Shown: positions 28,601 to 38,148 of the stretch, piece after piece | How the letters are laid out: each line of letters begins with the position of its first letter | Numbering within the stretch: the first letter of the stretch is position 1 | DNA from: an uncultured euryarchaeote | Lineage (GTDB): Archaea; Thermoplasmatota; Poseidoniia; Poseidoniales; Poseidoniaceae | Direction: 5' to 3' | NCBI GenBank assembly: GCA_937911345.1 | Contig: CALDPP010000012.1 | Location: forward strand, 361 to 64,360 | Length of the DNA stretch: 64,000 nt | Translations under genes and position numbers: made by a program | Notes under the pieces: generated by a model | Seen by the model: only the letters and a program-made list of their open reading frames with translations | Databases searched by the model: none | What the model was told of the DNA's origin: nothing

Positions 28601-29865
28601 GCATTCTAAGAGCGAAATACGATATTCCTGTGTTTAGGGATGGAACTGTTAGATTTGATATGAGTGATGTGCCAGTTACTCATTTCAAACCCAAAGAGAT
28701 TGAAGTTTCATGGAAGAAGCTAGTTAATTTGGGTTATACTCATGATTATCTTGGAAATGAATTGACTTCTGATGAACAGATGCTCGAGCTATACCCACAA
28801 GATTTCATCGTAGCTAAGAACGCCGGCGATTATTTTGTGCGAACTGCGAAATTTGTCGATGAATTACTGACAAGATATTACGGCCTCGAACCATACTACA
28901 ATGTTTCCAATGCTGATGATCTGGTCGGGCATCTAATTTGTGCATTAGCGCCTCATACTTCTGGTGGTGTGTTGTCGAGAATTATTGGCTGGGCTGATTG
29001 TTCTGGCGGTTATGCGCATCCACTGTTCCACGCCTCAAAGCGAAGAAATTGTGATGGTGATGAAGATGCAATCATGTTATTGATGGACGGTTTACTTAAT
29101 TTTAGTCGTGAAATATTACCTGCAAATAGAGGTGGCCAAATGGATGCCCCTCTCGTTCTGACAACTAGATTAAATCCAACAGAGGTTGACAAAGAAGCGC
29201 TGAACGTTGACTCAGGATGGTATTATGAGCGTGATTTCTATGAGGCTACTCAAGATTGCCCGCATCCAAAATCTGTTGCCAATAGGGTCGATTTTGTTGA
29301 ACGTCGATTAGAATCTATTGCTGCTGTAAGAGGCTATGGTTTCACTCATGATTGTGAATCTATTTCTGCTGGTCCAAGCCTCTCTGCTTACAAAACACTT
29401 GATACTATGATTGACAAGATGAATGGGCAACTGGATTTAGGCCACAGGTTACGAGCAGTCGATGTTAGAAAGGTTGCATCAAGCGTGATTCGGTCACACT
29501 TTTTACCTGACCTGAGAGGGAATTTGAATGCGTTTGCGAGACAAAAAGTTAGGTGCCTAAAGTGCGGCCATTCATATCGTAGGATGCCTATTGCCGGTAA
29601 GTGCATACAACAAAGCAAGGCTAGTAATGCTGGATTTGGCTCTCTTGGCATCTCTAAATCACAAGGTGATTTGTGCAATGGAAACCTTGCGTTGACAGTA
29701 TCAGAAGGCGCAGTTAGAAAATACATCAAGGTAACTTTACACGTAATGGAAAAATATGGGGTAGATACATACACCAAACAAAATGTTGAATGGTTAGCAA
29801 ATAGTACTGATTCCTTATTCCAAAATGACCGATCCAAGCAGATGTCATTGGCTGATTTCCTGTGA
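25618..29865 (+). CDS. polC: DNA polymerase II (PolD) large subunit DP2
   Basis: Catalytic 'KRRNCDGDEDAIMLL' motif and C-terminal zinc-binding Cys clusters ('CNSCGKK ... CHH', 'CLKCGH ... C'). Probable true start at 'MVRGMADT' (~25765), which avoids the overlap with pyrE. Carries a coiled-coil insertion. Confidence 0.85.
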   Translation: MRHVSRMMVKQMAHELSFTIEDFLSKFTSRVCFGIKIRQFLISGRLPCPMVRGMADTVKVQSDLDPLEGIDSLRLENEMKNYQQWMDERTEDAYRIAEIARAKNLDYKPFVEIPRAADLAGRTEKLLVEYLGEYEVADDIRKMLAKHDRETTSMLMAQSVARGFRDEGHDLVTAIDVGLRVGLAILTEAVLVAPLEGISEVRLLNNLDGSQFVSVHFAGPIRAAGGTAQALAVLIADMIRIELNVGKYQPTDPEVERVKEEFGLYRGNLQYRPSPEEIDEIVRACPVMINGESTERIECSGYGDVRNIDEARIRGGVLLVIGEGMCLKAPKIQRHTERMKIAGWDFISKFAEKGKKKEDDDEVKFKSRLTEPITKFMNDIIAGRPVFGAPQQPGGFRLRYGRARPSGLAAASVNPACMLAMDDFITIGTQMKIERPGKACAITPSDHTDGPWVVLQDGTFTRCDTVESFNQLKKSIATIWDNGEIVIGYGEFMENNKNLVPAGYSIDWWASDLIEELNSPETVEDFRSIMGLSKTDCPSGIPGLTREQFSDANLRFNVRLHWHRFLVTLQPNWEQAKAVSEKFKTSLPPPHNPWFLDLPIEWVPELIKVLEGATIENLAINENDLLMPQREERCLRIRNGVSNWTSSIMHEMPPATLEIGDIANPPGPEFSVDDFIFDQKPSALWTLQQHGIAKGSALILGLAHHHEGDDLVITSGWSALLESLGFAVNENNIIMITDSKKIFEDKIAKLKLAEAVLAKEETRLEELEKERAIHRISAETNARQQGKSIAETDEIGRSAAASIPDEGPQDANRYLASQIERDDYRVDGILPVIKKISKLRWHHSAPVRIGCRMGRPEKSAPRVMNPMAHTLFPIDLNGGNQRLLTNAADKQNIRVQLGLRTCNSCGKKSPMLSCHHRKVNEYGETMLGEKCGGRTEFKKELEANRRRRGEITTVPIASMIEDAMINLGLERVPNTVKCMKKIASKNQTPEALEKGILRAKYDIPVFRDGTVRFDMSDVPVTHFKPKEIEVSWKKLVNLGYTHDYLGNELTSDEQMLELYPQDFIVAKNAGDYFVRTAKFVDELLTRYYGLEPYYNVSNADDLVGHLICALAPHTSGGVLSRIIGWADCSGGYAHPLFHASKRRNCDGDEDAIMLLMDGLLNFSREILPANRGGQMDAPLVLTTRLNPTEVDKEALNVDSGWYYERDFYEATQDCPHPKSVANRVDFVERRLESIAAVRGYGFTHDCESISAGPSLSAYKTLDTMIDKMNGQLDLGHRLRAVDVRKVASSVIRSHFLPDLRGNLNAFARQKVRCLKCGHSYRRMPIAGKCIQQSKASNAGFGSLGISKSQGDLCNGNLALTVSEGAVRKYIKVTLHVMEKYGVDTYTKQNVEWLANSTDSLFQNDRSKQMSLADFL

Positions 29866-31458
29866 TTATTTTACTGATGGTCCAATCATCTGTTCTGGCC
29901 TAACCCACTCATCGAATTCTTCGTTTGTCAGATAGTCCAGTTCCAAGGCCGACTCTCTAAGAGTCAAACCGTTCTCATGCGCATTCTTGGCAATCTTGGC
30001 TGCCTTATCGTATCCAATATGATTGTTCAGAGCAGTTACCAACATCAACGAATTTTCAAGATGTTGATTAATGCTTTCTGCTACTGGCTCTAATCCTTCC
30101 ACACAATTTTCTCTCATTGAACGACACGAATCTGTTAGTAATCTTATTGAATGTAAAAGATTGTGAATCATCATTGGTTTATACACATTCAACTCAAAGT
30201 TACCTTGAGATCCTCCAACTGTTATCGCAGTATGGTTGCCCATAACCTGGCAGCATACCATTGTCATAGCCTCTGCTTGAGTAGGATTTACCTTGCCTGG
30301 CATGATTGATGAACCCGGCTCGTTTGCTGGTAAGGCCAATTCACCAAGACCACACCTAGGCCCTGAACCCAGCCAACGAATATCGTTGGCTATTTTCATC
30401 AAACTTACTGCTAAAGTGTTCAATGCTCCGCTGGCGGCGACAACGGCATCATGGGCTGCTAACTGTGCGAATTTATTTTCGGCACTGACGAAACTCAATC
30501 CAGTAATGTTTGAAATTTCATCTGCGACCATTTGAGCAAATAATGGATGAGTGTTAAGTCCGGTTCCAACTGCTGTTCCGCCCAGTGCCAATTCAAATAA
30601 GTCATCAAGCGCAAAATCCAGCCTTCGTAAGTCTGCATCTAATTGTGAAACCCATCCAGAGACTTCCTGTCCGAGGGTTAACGGCACTGCATCCATCAAG
30701 TGCGTGCGCCCAATTTTTACAATCCCTCCCCATTGTTTGGCTTTGTCATCTAGGGCATTTCGTAGCGCCCTGACGCTTGGTAGTAAATCATGGACAAATG
30801 CTTCGGCTGATGCTATATGCATTGCAGTCGGAAAAGTATCGTTTGATGACTGGGCTCGATTGACATGATCGTTTGGGTGGACTGGTTTTTTCGAACCTAG
30901 CTCGCCGCCGGCAATTTCAATTGCTCGGTTGGCGATAACTTCGTTGGTATTCATGTTAGATTGTGTGCCACTGCCTGTTTGCCAAATTCTTAGTGGAAAA
31001 TGGTCATCCAGTTCGCCGTCTATTACTTCTTGTGCGGCTTGGATTATTAGTTCACCAACATCGCCATCTAATTGCTTCAATGCTACATTCGTTTTTGCCG
31101 CTGCCTGCTTTAAGATTCCAAAAGAGCGTACTACGCCTCTTGGCATTGTATCAATACCTATGTCAAAATTAATCAATGAGCGAGCGGTTTGACAGCCATA
31201 GTACCTATCGCTTGGTACTTCTAAATCACCCATTGTATCGCTTTCAATACGAATTCCTGCGGACTTTTTAACAGAAGGTTTTGCCGCTTTTTTTTGTGTT
31301 GTATTTCGCTTGGGGTTCAGTGCATTATCAATCATTTTTGCGATAGTTGCACTGCGTCCGTCCTTTCCTTTGCCAACGCTGCGATCAAGTCTTACGGCCA
31401 AATCTTCAGGTATGCTTATGCTTATAATTCGTCTATCACCGACTCTGTGTTTCGACAT
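29866..31458 (-). CDS. fumC: Class II fumarate hydratase (fumarase/aspartase family) with an N-terminal ribbon-helix-helix-like extension
   Basis: Signature '[16 protein letters not shown]'. '[26 protein letters not shown]' matches the FumC N-terminus. The upstream 70 aa, '[39 protein letters not shown]', has a CopG/Arc-like beta-alpha-alpha pattern and is followed by a Lys-rich linker. Confidence 0.7.
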   Translation of the reverse strand: MSKHRVGDRRIISISIPEDLAVRLDRSVGKGKDGRSATIAKMIDNALNPKRNTTQKKAAKPSVKKSAGIRIESDTMGDLEVPSDRYYGCQTARSLINFDIGIDTMPRGVVRSFGILKQAAAKTNVALKQLDGDVGELIIQAAQEVIDGELDDHFPLRIWQTGSGTQSNMNTNEVIANRAIEIAGGELGSKKPVHPNDHVNRAQSSNDTFPTAMHIASAEAFVHDLLPSVRALRNALDDKAKQWGGIVKIGRTHLMDAVPLTLGQEVSGWVSQLDADLRRLDFALDDLFELALGGTAVGTGLNTHPLFAQMVADEISNITGLSFVSAENKFAQLAAHDAVVAASGALNTLAVSLMKIANDIRWLGSGPRCGLGELALPANEPGSSIMPGKVNPTQAEAMTMVCCQVMGNHTAITVGGSQGNFELNVYKPMMIHNLLHSIRLLTDSCRSMRENCVEGLEPVAESINQHLENSLMLVTALNNHIGYDKAAKIAKNAHENGLTLRESALELDYLTNEEFDEWVRPEQMIGPSVK

Positions 31459-31461
31459 AGT

Positions 31462-31495
31462 TTGCGCTTATTAATTAATTATTAAATAATATCTA
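31462..31495 (-). promoter_or_regulatory. Putative TATA-box promoter for fumC
   Basis: Extremely AT-rich 'TTAATAATTAATTAATAA' on the minus strand, 10-30 nt upstream of the ATG. Confidence 0.25.
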
Positions 31496-32467
31496 CTATT
31501 CGAGTTCTGGACCAATTCCGACCTTTAATTCACCATTTCGCCAATATCCCCGATACATTAGTCGCGTCTGAAAAGGCATAGCGAACTCCCCTGATGTAGT
31601 TACAGCAATTAGACCACCTCTACCACCTAGTGGCGCTACTTCGTCAAGAATCTTATCAGTTGATTCAAATAAGTTAGTTGTTGAGTGATAATTTGTTGCA
31701 AGTTTATGGGCGGCACAAGTACGAATGTAGGCTTCACCAACGCCTGTACAAGAAACTGCGATTGTACCATCTGCCCAGGTTCCTGCGCCGATTATTGGGG
31801 TGTCTCCAACTCTACCAACTGGTTTTCCAGTCATGCCTCCGGTCGAGGTTGCTGCTGCAAGATTACCGTTCACATCAAGCGCTACTGCGCCAACAGTGCC
31901 CATTCCTTCATCGGAAAACTCCGTTGTAACTCTTCCCTCCAAATCATGGTCAAGTACAGAATCATCTTCATCGGTTGCCCCTGGACTTGCTTTATTCTGC
32001 CTCCATTGCTCCCATTGGCCTTGTCGTAATTCTGTTTTTAACCAGTCTTGGCTGACCTCTTCTACCCCACCATTTACTCCAAAATCATCTGCAGCATCGC
32101 TATTGAGGATTACTGGCCAGCCTTGGTGTAAAATCAAATTAGCTGCTCTAATTGGGTGTCTGAGCTTTGTCACATTGATCACGGAACCTGCAGCCCTATC
32201 GGCCCCACGCATAATTGATGCATCCATGGTTATTGAGCCATCTTCGCCAATTACCGAACCTTGTCCCGCATTGAACAAAGGTTCATCCTCTAGCATTTCT
32301 ACTGCTAGTGTTACCGCCTCGAGACAATCAATTTCCCCGCTTGCTAATTTAGTTCCAACCACACCTAGAACTTGTTTCATGCAATCAATTCTACCAGGGT
32401 CAAGTGGAGTTTTACCCAGCCATGGCCCATCACCGCCAGCGCCGCCATGGATGACTAAGATTGCCAT
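31496..32467 (-). CDS. iaaA: Isoaspartyl peptidase / L-asparaginase (Ntn-hydrolase, plant-type asparaginase family)
   Basis: N-terminal 'LVIHGGAG' and the autoproteolytic 'GTVGAVALD' threonine nucleophile block. Confidence 0.7.
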   Translation of the reverse strand: MAILVIHGGAGGDGPWLGKTPLDPGRIDCMKQVLGVVGTKLASGEIDCLEAVTLAVEMLEDEPLFNAGQGSVIGEDGSITMDASIMRGADRAAGSVINVTKLRHPIRAANLILHQGWPVILNSDAADDFGVNGGVEEVSQDWLKTELRQGQWEQWRQNKASPGATDEDDSVLDHDLEGRVTTEFSDEGMGTVGAVALDVNGNLAAATSTGGMTGKPVGRVGDTPIIGAGTWADGTIAVSCTGVGEAYIRTCAAHKLATNYHSTTNLFESTDKILDEVAPLGGRGGLIAVTTSGEFAMPFQTRLMYRGYWRNGELKVGIGPELE

Positions 32468-32470
32468 GTA

Positions 32471-32953
32471 TCACTGTACAACTGTGCAACTGATTATTTG
32501 TTGTGGTTCTGCTGGTCTGTCCCCGGGAAGTTTTCTACATCTTTCAATTGAAGATACAACGTCCATTCCTTCAACAACCTCGCCAAACACTGCATGATTA
32601 CCGTTCAGCCATGGCGTTGCAACCGTGGTAAGGAAAAATTGCGAGCCACCGGTGTTTCTTCCAGCATTCGCCATAGATAGAATTCCGGGGCGATCGTGTT
32701 TCAACGCCAATGCTGATGCTTCACAAGGAATTTGCCAGCCTGGCCCTCCAGTTCCTGCTCTGCGAGACATTGGGTCTTTTGAATGTGGGCAGCCGCCTTG
32801 AATCATGAAGTCTTGAATCACTCTGTGAAAGTGGAGGCCATTATAATGGCCCATTTCTACTAATTTCACAAAGTTACCAACTGTATCTGGCGCTTCATCT
32901 GCGTATAACTTGATTAGGATGTCTCCTGCACTTGTCTTCATCATTACCTGCAT
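32471..32953 (-). CDS. Peptidyl-prolyl cis-trans isomerase, cyclophilin type
   Basis: 'HFHRVIQDFMIQGGCP' and 'GSQFFLT' cyclophilin signatures. 160 aa. Confidence 0.85.
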   Translation of the reverse strand: MQVMMKTSAGDILIKLYADEAPDTVGNFVKLVEMGHYNGLHFHRVIQDFMIQGGCPHSKDPMSRRAGTGGPGWQIPCEASALALKHDRPGILSMANAGRNTGGSQFFLTTVATPWLNGNHAVFGEVVEGMDVVSSIERCRKLPGDRPAEPQQIISCTVVQ

Positions 32954-32995
32954 GACTATGCCACAAATCGGCAGGTCATGAGTATTGCCGTTCGA

Positions 32996-35900
32996 TTATT
33001 GTTTTAGCCAAGGCCTGAAGTGTTGATCTGCGTATGCACGTGCGTAGTCTGCAGGATAACCTGCAGCAATCAACTGCTGTTCGTAAGCGAGTTGTTCAGG
33101 TGTAATTGATGCATCTACTGCTCCTATTCCTGCAACAGCAGCGTAACCAGCATCAGCGTATGCCTTTTCTTGCATTGCAAAGGTGTCGTTCTTTGAGCTT
33201 CGACCTCTAACAAATACTAATGTTAACAGCAACAGAATTACAACTCCGCCAATCAAACCGATTACGGTGTAAGACATACCAAACAAACCTGCTTCGGATT
33301 CTGTATCATCTGATGCATCGGTTGTGCCGTCGCCAGAGCCTGTGTTATCGCCATTATCGGTTGGGTCAGTTGGGTCAACCGGGTCTGTTGGGTCGACTGG
33401 ATCGGTTGGGTCAGTTGTGTTGGTGTTGTTGTCCACTGGTTCCTCAACTAATTCACAGCCATCTGCACCAACAATTGTTCCCAATGGTGTATCAGGACAC
33501 TGGTCGTTCTCATTCAAGACGCCATCAAAGTCTAGATCCAAAATTGGGCAGCCAACTCCGTTGTCGCCGCTGAAAACACCAGCAACATCTGGACATTGGT
33601 CGCCGTTAGTTCCTATTGGATTGTCACCAAATCCGTCGCCGTCTGAATCATACCACTGAGTTGGGTCATTTGGTAAGATATCATTATCATTCGATACCCC
33701 ATCATTATCCAAATCGGGACAGCCGTATCGGTCTACTGTTGAGGTGCCCGGGTTATTTGGACAGTCGTCAATAATTCCATCACCTGAATCGGTGGAATTG
33801 AAACCGTCTCTATCGACATCGTTAGCCCATAACTCCTCCTCGTTTTGGATGAAGAATGGTTCTGAGAAGTGGATATTGTTAGATTCGTCCGTTTCAGGCA
33901 CGTCATTGTTGGCATCAATTATCAATTTGCATCGATAATCTCCGGATGGAGTATCGGTTGGAATTGTAAAGAATGCATAACTGTCATCAACATTAGATTG
34001 ATTGTAAGACATCGCATTAGAAACTCCGGGGTTTTCAGAGGCTGCTTCTGAAGAGTAAATTGTGTTGATGGTTTCATTATCCGAGTTGATTAACTCAATC
34101 ATTACAATCATTGTTGCTCCGTATCCAGGCCCCCTAACGTTGTTTATAATCCACTGAGTAGTAATCTCTTCATCGGTAAATGTCTCAGTCGTCGGGCAAG
34201 TTAGTGATTCTGGTGCCAGGTCTGGCAATGCAGGTTCGTTGATAATTATGTCAACATCGTAATTTCCTTGTCCGCCATTTGAATCAATAGTTAGTGTGAA
34301 AGTGTTGGTTTGTCCTTCATACATTTCGTCATCGAGTGATTCGAACAGTAATCCATAACTCATATTGTCAACACTAGCAACTAAATCACCGGCGGTGTTT
34401 GTCAATGTTGCAGTGAACGGTAAATCAGTTGAAGCATTGAAATCAATTTCTACGTTCTTATACTCATCGAGTGTAAAGCTGTAGACGTCCTCAGTGTCAG
34501 AATTGCTCAAACAACCAGTTCCACTAATTGGATTATTAGTGCCTAGAGGAATGCCGGATTCACTGGCATCTTGACCTAGACCGAGGTCGTTTTGAGTGCC
34601 GCAACTAAATGGTGGAACGTAGGTTGATTGGTCTGGTTCTCCGATTAGCAGTCGATAGGTCCCTCCTGGATTTCCTCCGCCAAGGAAGCCGCCCCAGTAT
34701 GTTACATTGATGTAATAATCTCCTGCGGTATTCTCATAATCTGTACCTTCTAATGTTACGAACTCGTCAAATGTAGAAGATAGGCTGGTGTCAATCGCAG
34801 TACCGTTTGGTAGCAATAACTGTAGGTCGAAATCTACACCATCAAACGGTGCAACTACCAAGGTAACTTCTAGTGGCTGATTTGGGGAGATGCTGACTTT
34901 GTACAGATCTGCTTCATCATTGGAGTCAACACAACCTCTAATTTCAGCCTCAACGTCTAGTCCTAAATCGGTTGATGTGGCAACATCTTCTCCAATATCG
35001 GCTCCTGTAGAGGCGTCGTCTTGTGGAGTTGCGCACGCATTTACACCATTACCCACAGTCATGGTATCATCTGCAATTATCTCATTATCTGTTTCGCTCT
35101 TTTCTGCAATCATTTCATCACTATCTAAAACGATGAAAACATTGTATTCTCCTTCGACAATATTGGTTGGTATTGCGCCATTAATGGTAAGAGTTTGGGT
35201 GGCATTGATCGCCAATCCATTAGCCCAAGTGGCGTTGCCAAGATTGTGGTCGACCCATGTATTTCCGATGTCGACACTTAAGATTACTTCTGCCATGAAG
35301 GCGTCCGAAAGGTCAAGTGTTCCATCGTTGATTACAGTAACATCGAATGGAACTATGTCCCCAGGATTTGCCGCTTGATTGAATGTTACATTATCGACTG
35401 CAAGATTAGGGATTGGTACGCTATAATTCGTCCAGACATCCATACTGTAATTTCCGCTACCTGCATAGTGTGAAACATTGACATAATAGGTTCCAGCTTG
35501 GTTTTCGAAGGATGAATCTTGAGAGGTTACAAACTCATCTGCGTCATTAAATGCCCCAGATGAGTCGATAACGCTGCCATTTGTTTGATGTAAACGTAGG
35601 TCAAAATCAACACCTGAGTCCATTGATAATGCAACAGTAATTGTGTGATTTACTGGTACATCAAAGGCAAAAGTATCACCGCCGTCGTTTGAATCCAAGC
35701 AACCGGTGTATGATGCGGTTACGTTGTTACCCATATTAGTCGGAGAATCAGTCCAGTTTTGTGGCGCATCTTGGCCGGTATTTGCGTCGTTTTGTGGACT
35801 ATACCAATCAATACATGACTCTGTATAATTAGTCCAGATGTCAAGATCGTAGTCTCCGATTGAGCTCCCACCACCTTGATTGTATGGGAAAACTACAACC

Positions 35901-36412
35901 CAATACGTACCAGGCGTAGATTCAATTTGCGAACCTACGCTGCTTACAGATTCAACTGGATCGCCATAGTATGATGTATCTGCTGCAAAGTAAGAACCAT
36001 TGTCTTCGTATGCAAGTGCCAAGTCGTAGTCATTTTGATAGTTTGACATAGTTACCTCTATGTTGTAATCTTGGTCCATGGTAAATTCATACCAATCTTC
36101 GACATCTGCTGTGTCAGCACACCCAGTGAACGATGTTGTTGGATTTGCACCTAGATCTTTTGCAGTACTAGTTGTTGCATTGCCTGCGTCTCCGGGAGAA
36201 CCGCCATCATTTTGAATCGCCGGGCATGGTTGCCCTACTGCATTTCTAATGTCTTTTCTCAAATCATCCAGTAATATTGGTTCTCCAAATGGATTTGTCT
36301 TGGTTTCATTATCTGCATTAGCCGATGAATCATAGATGCTCATCAACGGAGATAAAGCAGTAATTATGAACATAATTCCAACTAAAAATCGTACACTGCG
36401 CATGTCGCTCAC
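32996..36412 (-). CDS. Giant cell-surface protein: signal peptide, multiple PPC (pre-peptidase C-terminal) domains, thrombospondin type-3-like Ca-binding repeats, Pro/Thr/Asp linker, TM anchor and cytoplasmic tail
   Basis: At least four repeats of 'GC.DS.D..D.Y.F....-..I...... D.DL.L' (PPC). DxDxDG runs in 'DVDRDGFNSTDSGDGIIDDCPNNP ... DSDGDGFGDNP'. Linker '(PTDPV)n'. Hydrophobic 'VIGLIGGVVILLLLTLVFV' followed by a 70-aa Tyr/Ala-rich tail. Confidence 0.7.
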   Translation of the reverse strand: MSDMRSVRFLVGIMFIITALSPLMSIYDSSANADNETKTNPFGEPILLDDLRKDIRNAVGQPCPAIQNDGGSPGDAGNATTSTAKDLGANPTTSFTGCADTADVEDWYEFTMDQDYNIEVTMSNYQNDYDLALAYEDNGSYFAADTSYYGDPVESVSSVGSQIESTPGTYWVVVFPYNQGGGSSIGDYDLDIWTNYTESCIDWYSPQNDANTGQDAPQNWTDSPTNMGNNVTASYTGCLDSNDGGDTFAFDVPVNHTITVALSMDSGVDFDLRLHQTNGSVIDSSGAFNDADEFVTSQDSSFENQAGTYYVNVSHYAGSGNYSMDVWTNYSVPIPNLAVDNVTFNQAANPGDIVPFDVTVINDGTLDLSDAFMAEVILSVDIGNTWVDHNLGNATWANGLAINATQTLTINGAIPTNIVEGEYNVFIVLDSDEMIAEKSETDNEIIADDTMTVGNGVNACATPQDDASTGADIGEDVATSTDLGLDVEAEIRGCVDSNDEADLYKVSISPNQPLEVTLVVAPFDGVDFDLQLLLPNGTAIDTSLSSTFDEFVTLEGTDYENTAGDYYINVTYWGGFLGGGNPGGTYRLLIGEPDQSTYVPPFSCGTQNDLGLGQDASESGIPLGTNNPISGTGCLSNSDTEDVYSFTLDEYKNVEIDFNASTDLPFTATLTNTAGDLVASVDNMSYGLLFESLDDEMYEGQTNTFTLTIDSNGGQGNYDVDIIINEPALPDLAPESLTCPTTETFTDEEITTQWIINNVRGPGYGATMIVMIELINSDNETINTIYSSEAASENPGVSNAMSYNQSNVDDSYAFFTIPTDTPSGDYRCKLIIDANNDVPETDESNNIHFSEPFFIQNEEELWANDVDRDGFNSTDSGDGIIDDCPNNPGTSTVDRYGCPDLDNDGVSNDNDILPNDPTQWYDSDGDGFGDNPIGTNGDQCPDVAGVFSGDNGVGCPILDLDFDGVLNENDQCPDTPLGTIVGADGCELVEEPVDNNTNTTDPTDPVDPTDPVDPTDPTDNGDNTGSGDGTTDASDDTESEAGLFGMSYTVIGLIGGVVILLLLTLVFVRGRSSKNDTFAMQEKAYADAGYAAVAGIGAVDASITPEQLAYEQQLIAAGYPADYARAYADQHFRPWLKQ
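33290..33450. repeat. Short tandem DNA repeat (about 15-nt units) encoding the (P-T-D-P-V)n linker of the surface protein
   Basis: Visible as 'ggttgggtcagttgggtcaaccgggtctgttgggtcgactggatcggttgggtcagtt'. Confidence 0.6.
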
Positions 36413-36457
36413 AGTGTAGTGTGCGCGCCGCTAAGTTATGAAACTACGGGCATACGG

Positions 36458-38059
36458 TTAATTTACCAGTGTTTTGGGTGATGAAGCGTTAACTGCATCG
36501 GAAACGCCTGCCTGATATCTCTTGAAGTTTTCAACAAACATCTCAGCCAAGTTATCTGCAGTTTTGTTGTAAGACTCGTTATCACTCCAAGTTTGCATAG
36601 GTTGCAAAACTTCACTTGGAACATTTGGACAAGAATTTGGCACTGCAAAACCAAACCTTTCGTCGACGGTGTAATCTACATCATCTAAATCACCATCTAA
36701 AGCAGCGTTTAGCATGGCTCTGGTATACTTGATTTTCATCCTATTGCCTACACCGTAAGGGCCACCCGACCAACCTGTGTTGATGAGCCATGCTGTTGCA
36801 TTATGTTCCTCCATCTTACTGGATAGTAAATCGGCGTATACTCCTGGGTGCATCGGCATAAATGGTTCGCCAAAACAGGCAGAAAAGGTCGCCTGGGGTT
36901 CTTTGACTCCGACTTCAGTGCCCGCAACTTTTGCAGTATATCCAGAAATGAAATGGTAAGCCGCTTGTTCGGGGGTTAGGCGAGAAATTGGTGGCAATAC
37001 GCCGAATGCATCACAAGTTAGGAATATGACATTTTGCGGATGTCCACCGGTTGAATCTTGGGTTCTATTGTCGATGAATTCAATTGGGTAAGAGCCCCTG
37101 GTGTTCTGGGTTTTTGATGTATCGTGGAAGTCTGGTACGCCATTTTCGTCCATAACTATGTTTTCTAAAATAGATCCGAACTTTCGAGTCGTACCAAAAA
37201 TTGCTGGCTCGTCTTCTTCTGATAAATCAATCAATTTAGCATAACAACCGCCCTCAAAATTGAACACTCCATTCGCACCCCAGCCATGTTCGTCATCGCC
37301 GATTAGTGCTCTCTTTGGATCAGCAGAAAGAGTGGTTTTGCCTGTCCCAGATAGACCGAAAAATATCGCAGTGTTGTCACCATTAGTGTTAGCAGAACAA
37401 TGCATTGGAAGTATGCCTTTCTTCGGGAGAATTAGATTCATTACTGAAAATATTGATTTCTTTATCTCACCGGCATATCTAGTTCCACCAATCAAAACCT
37501 CACGGGCTTGATAATTTACGATAACGAAGCATTGAGAGTTCAAACCGTCTTCTGGGCTTGCTTCAAAATGTGGCGCATGAAACACAGTAAAGTCTGGAGA
37601 GTGGTTCGCCATTTGCTCATTTGAAGGTCTGATGAACATATTTCTTGCAAAGGCGTTGTGCCATGCGTTTTGATTGATTACTCTGATGGGTAATGCTTCA
37701 GACATATCTGCGCCACAGTATAGATCCTGGACAAAAAGGTCATCTTGGCTGGACAAATAATCCACTACTTTTGACCTCATTTTGGTAAATGTCGCCATGT
37801 CTGTAGATACGTTAACTTCGCCCCAATTAACATCAGAGCTTGTCGTCGGTTCGTCAACAATAAATTTGTCATTTGGTGACCGACCTGTTCTTTCCCCGGT
37901 TTCTGTGACTAAAGCCTTGTGAGCACTGTAGACTCCTTCGCCGCGTGATACCGCCATTTCGACTAGTTGCTCCACAGGTAAATTCCAGTGGATGGTTCCT
38001 GAACACTTCAATCCGTGTACAGATAGGTCGCCGGAATGCGAACCCAATACTTCGGCCAT
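36458..38059 (-). CDS. pckA: Phosphoenolpyruvate carboxykinase (ATP)
   Basis: Kinase-1a motif 'FFGLSGTGKTTLS'. 533 aa. The N-terminal region is typical of PckA. Confidence 0.85.
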   Translation of the reverse strand: MAEVLGSHSGDLSVHGLKCSGTIHWNLPVEQLVEMAVSRGEGVYSAHKALVTETGERTGRSPNDKFIVDEPTTSSDVNWGEVNVSTDMATFTKMRSKVVDYLSSQDDLFVQDLYCGADMSEALPIRVINQNAWHNAFARNMFIRPSNEQMANHSPDFTVFHAPHFEASPEDGLNSQCFVIVNYQAREVLIGGTRYAGEIKKSIFSVMNLILPKKGILPMHCSANTNGDNTAIFFGLSGTGKTTLSADPKRALIGDDEHGWGANGVFNFEGGCYAKLIDLSEEDEPAIFGTTRKFGSILENIVMDENGVPDFHDTSKTQNTRGSYPIEFIDNRTQDSTGGHPQNVIFLTCDAFGVLPPISRLTPEQAAYHFISGYTAKVAGTEVGVKEPQATFSACFGEPFMPMHPGVYADLLSSKMEEHNATAWLINTGWSGGPYGVGNRMKIKYTRAMLNAALDGDLDDVDYTVDERFGFAVPNSCPNVPSEVLQPMQTWSDNESYNKTADNLAEMFVENFKRYQAGVSDAVNASSPKTLVN

Positions 38060-38148
38060 GCTGAATCGTGTCGGAGGATGTCTTTGTCTTTTTCGTTTTG
38101 TGGCATGATGATTAAGGGTATATTTGCGGCGAATAATTTTACTCGAAA
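38060..38148. promoter_or_regulatory. Divergent intergenic region between pckA and the large membrane-protein gene
   Basis: 'GGTATATTT' TATA-like element about 25-30 nt upstream of 38149. No other feature. Confidence 0.2.

Noticed and set aside
36458-38059. Considered whether pckA might be GTP-dependent PEPCK (the form more common in archaea).
   Set aside because: The 'GLSGTGKTTLS' kinase-1a motif and the 533-aa size are those of the ATP-dependent bacterial/plant-type enzyme, so it is called ATP-PEPCK.
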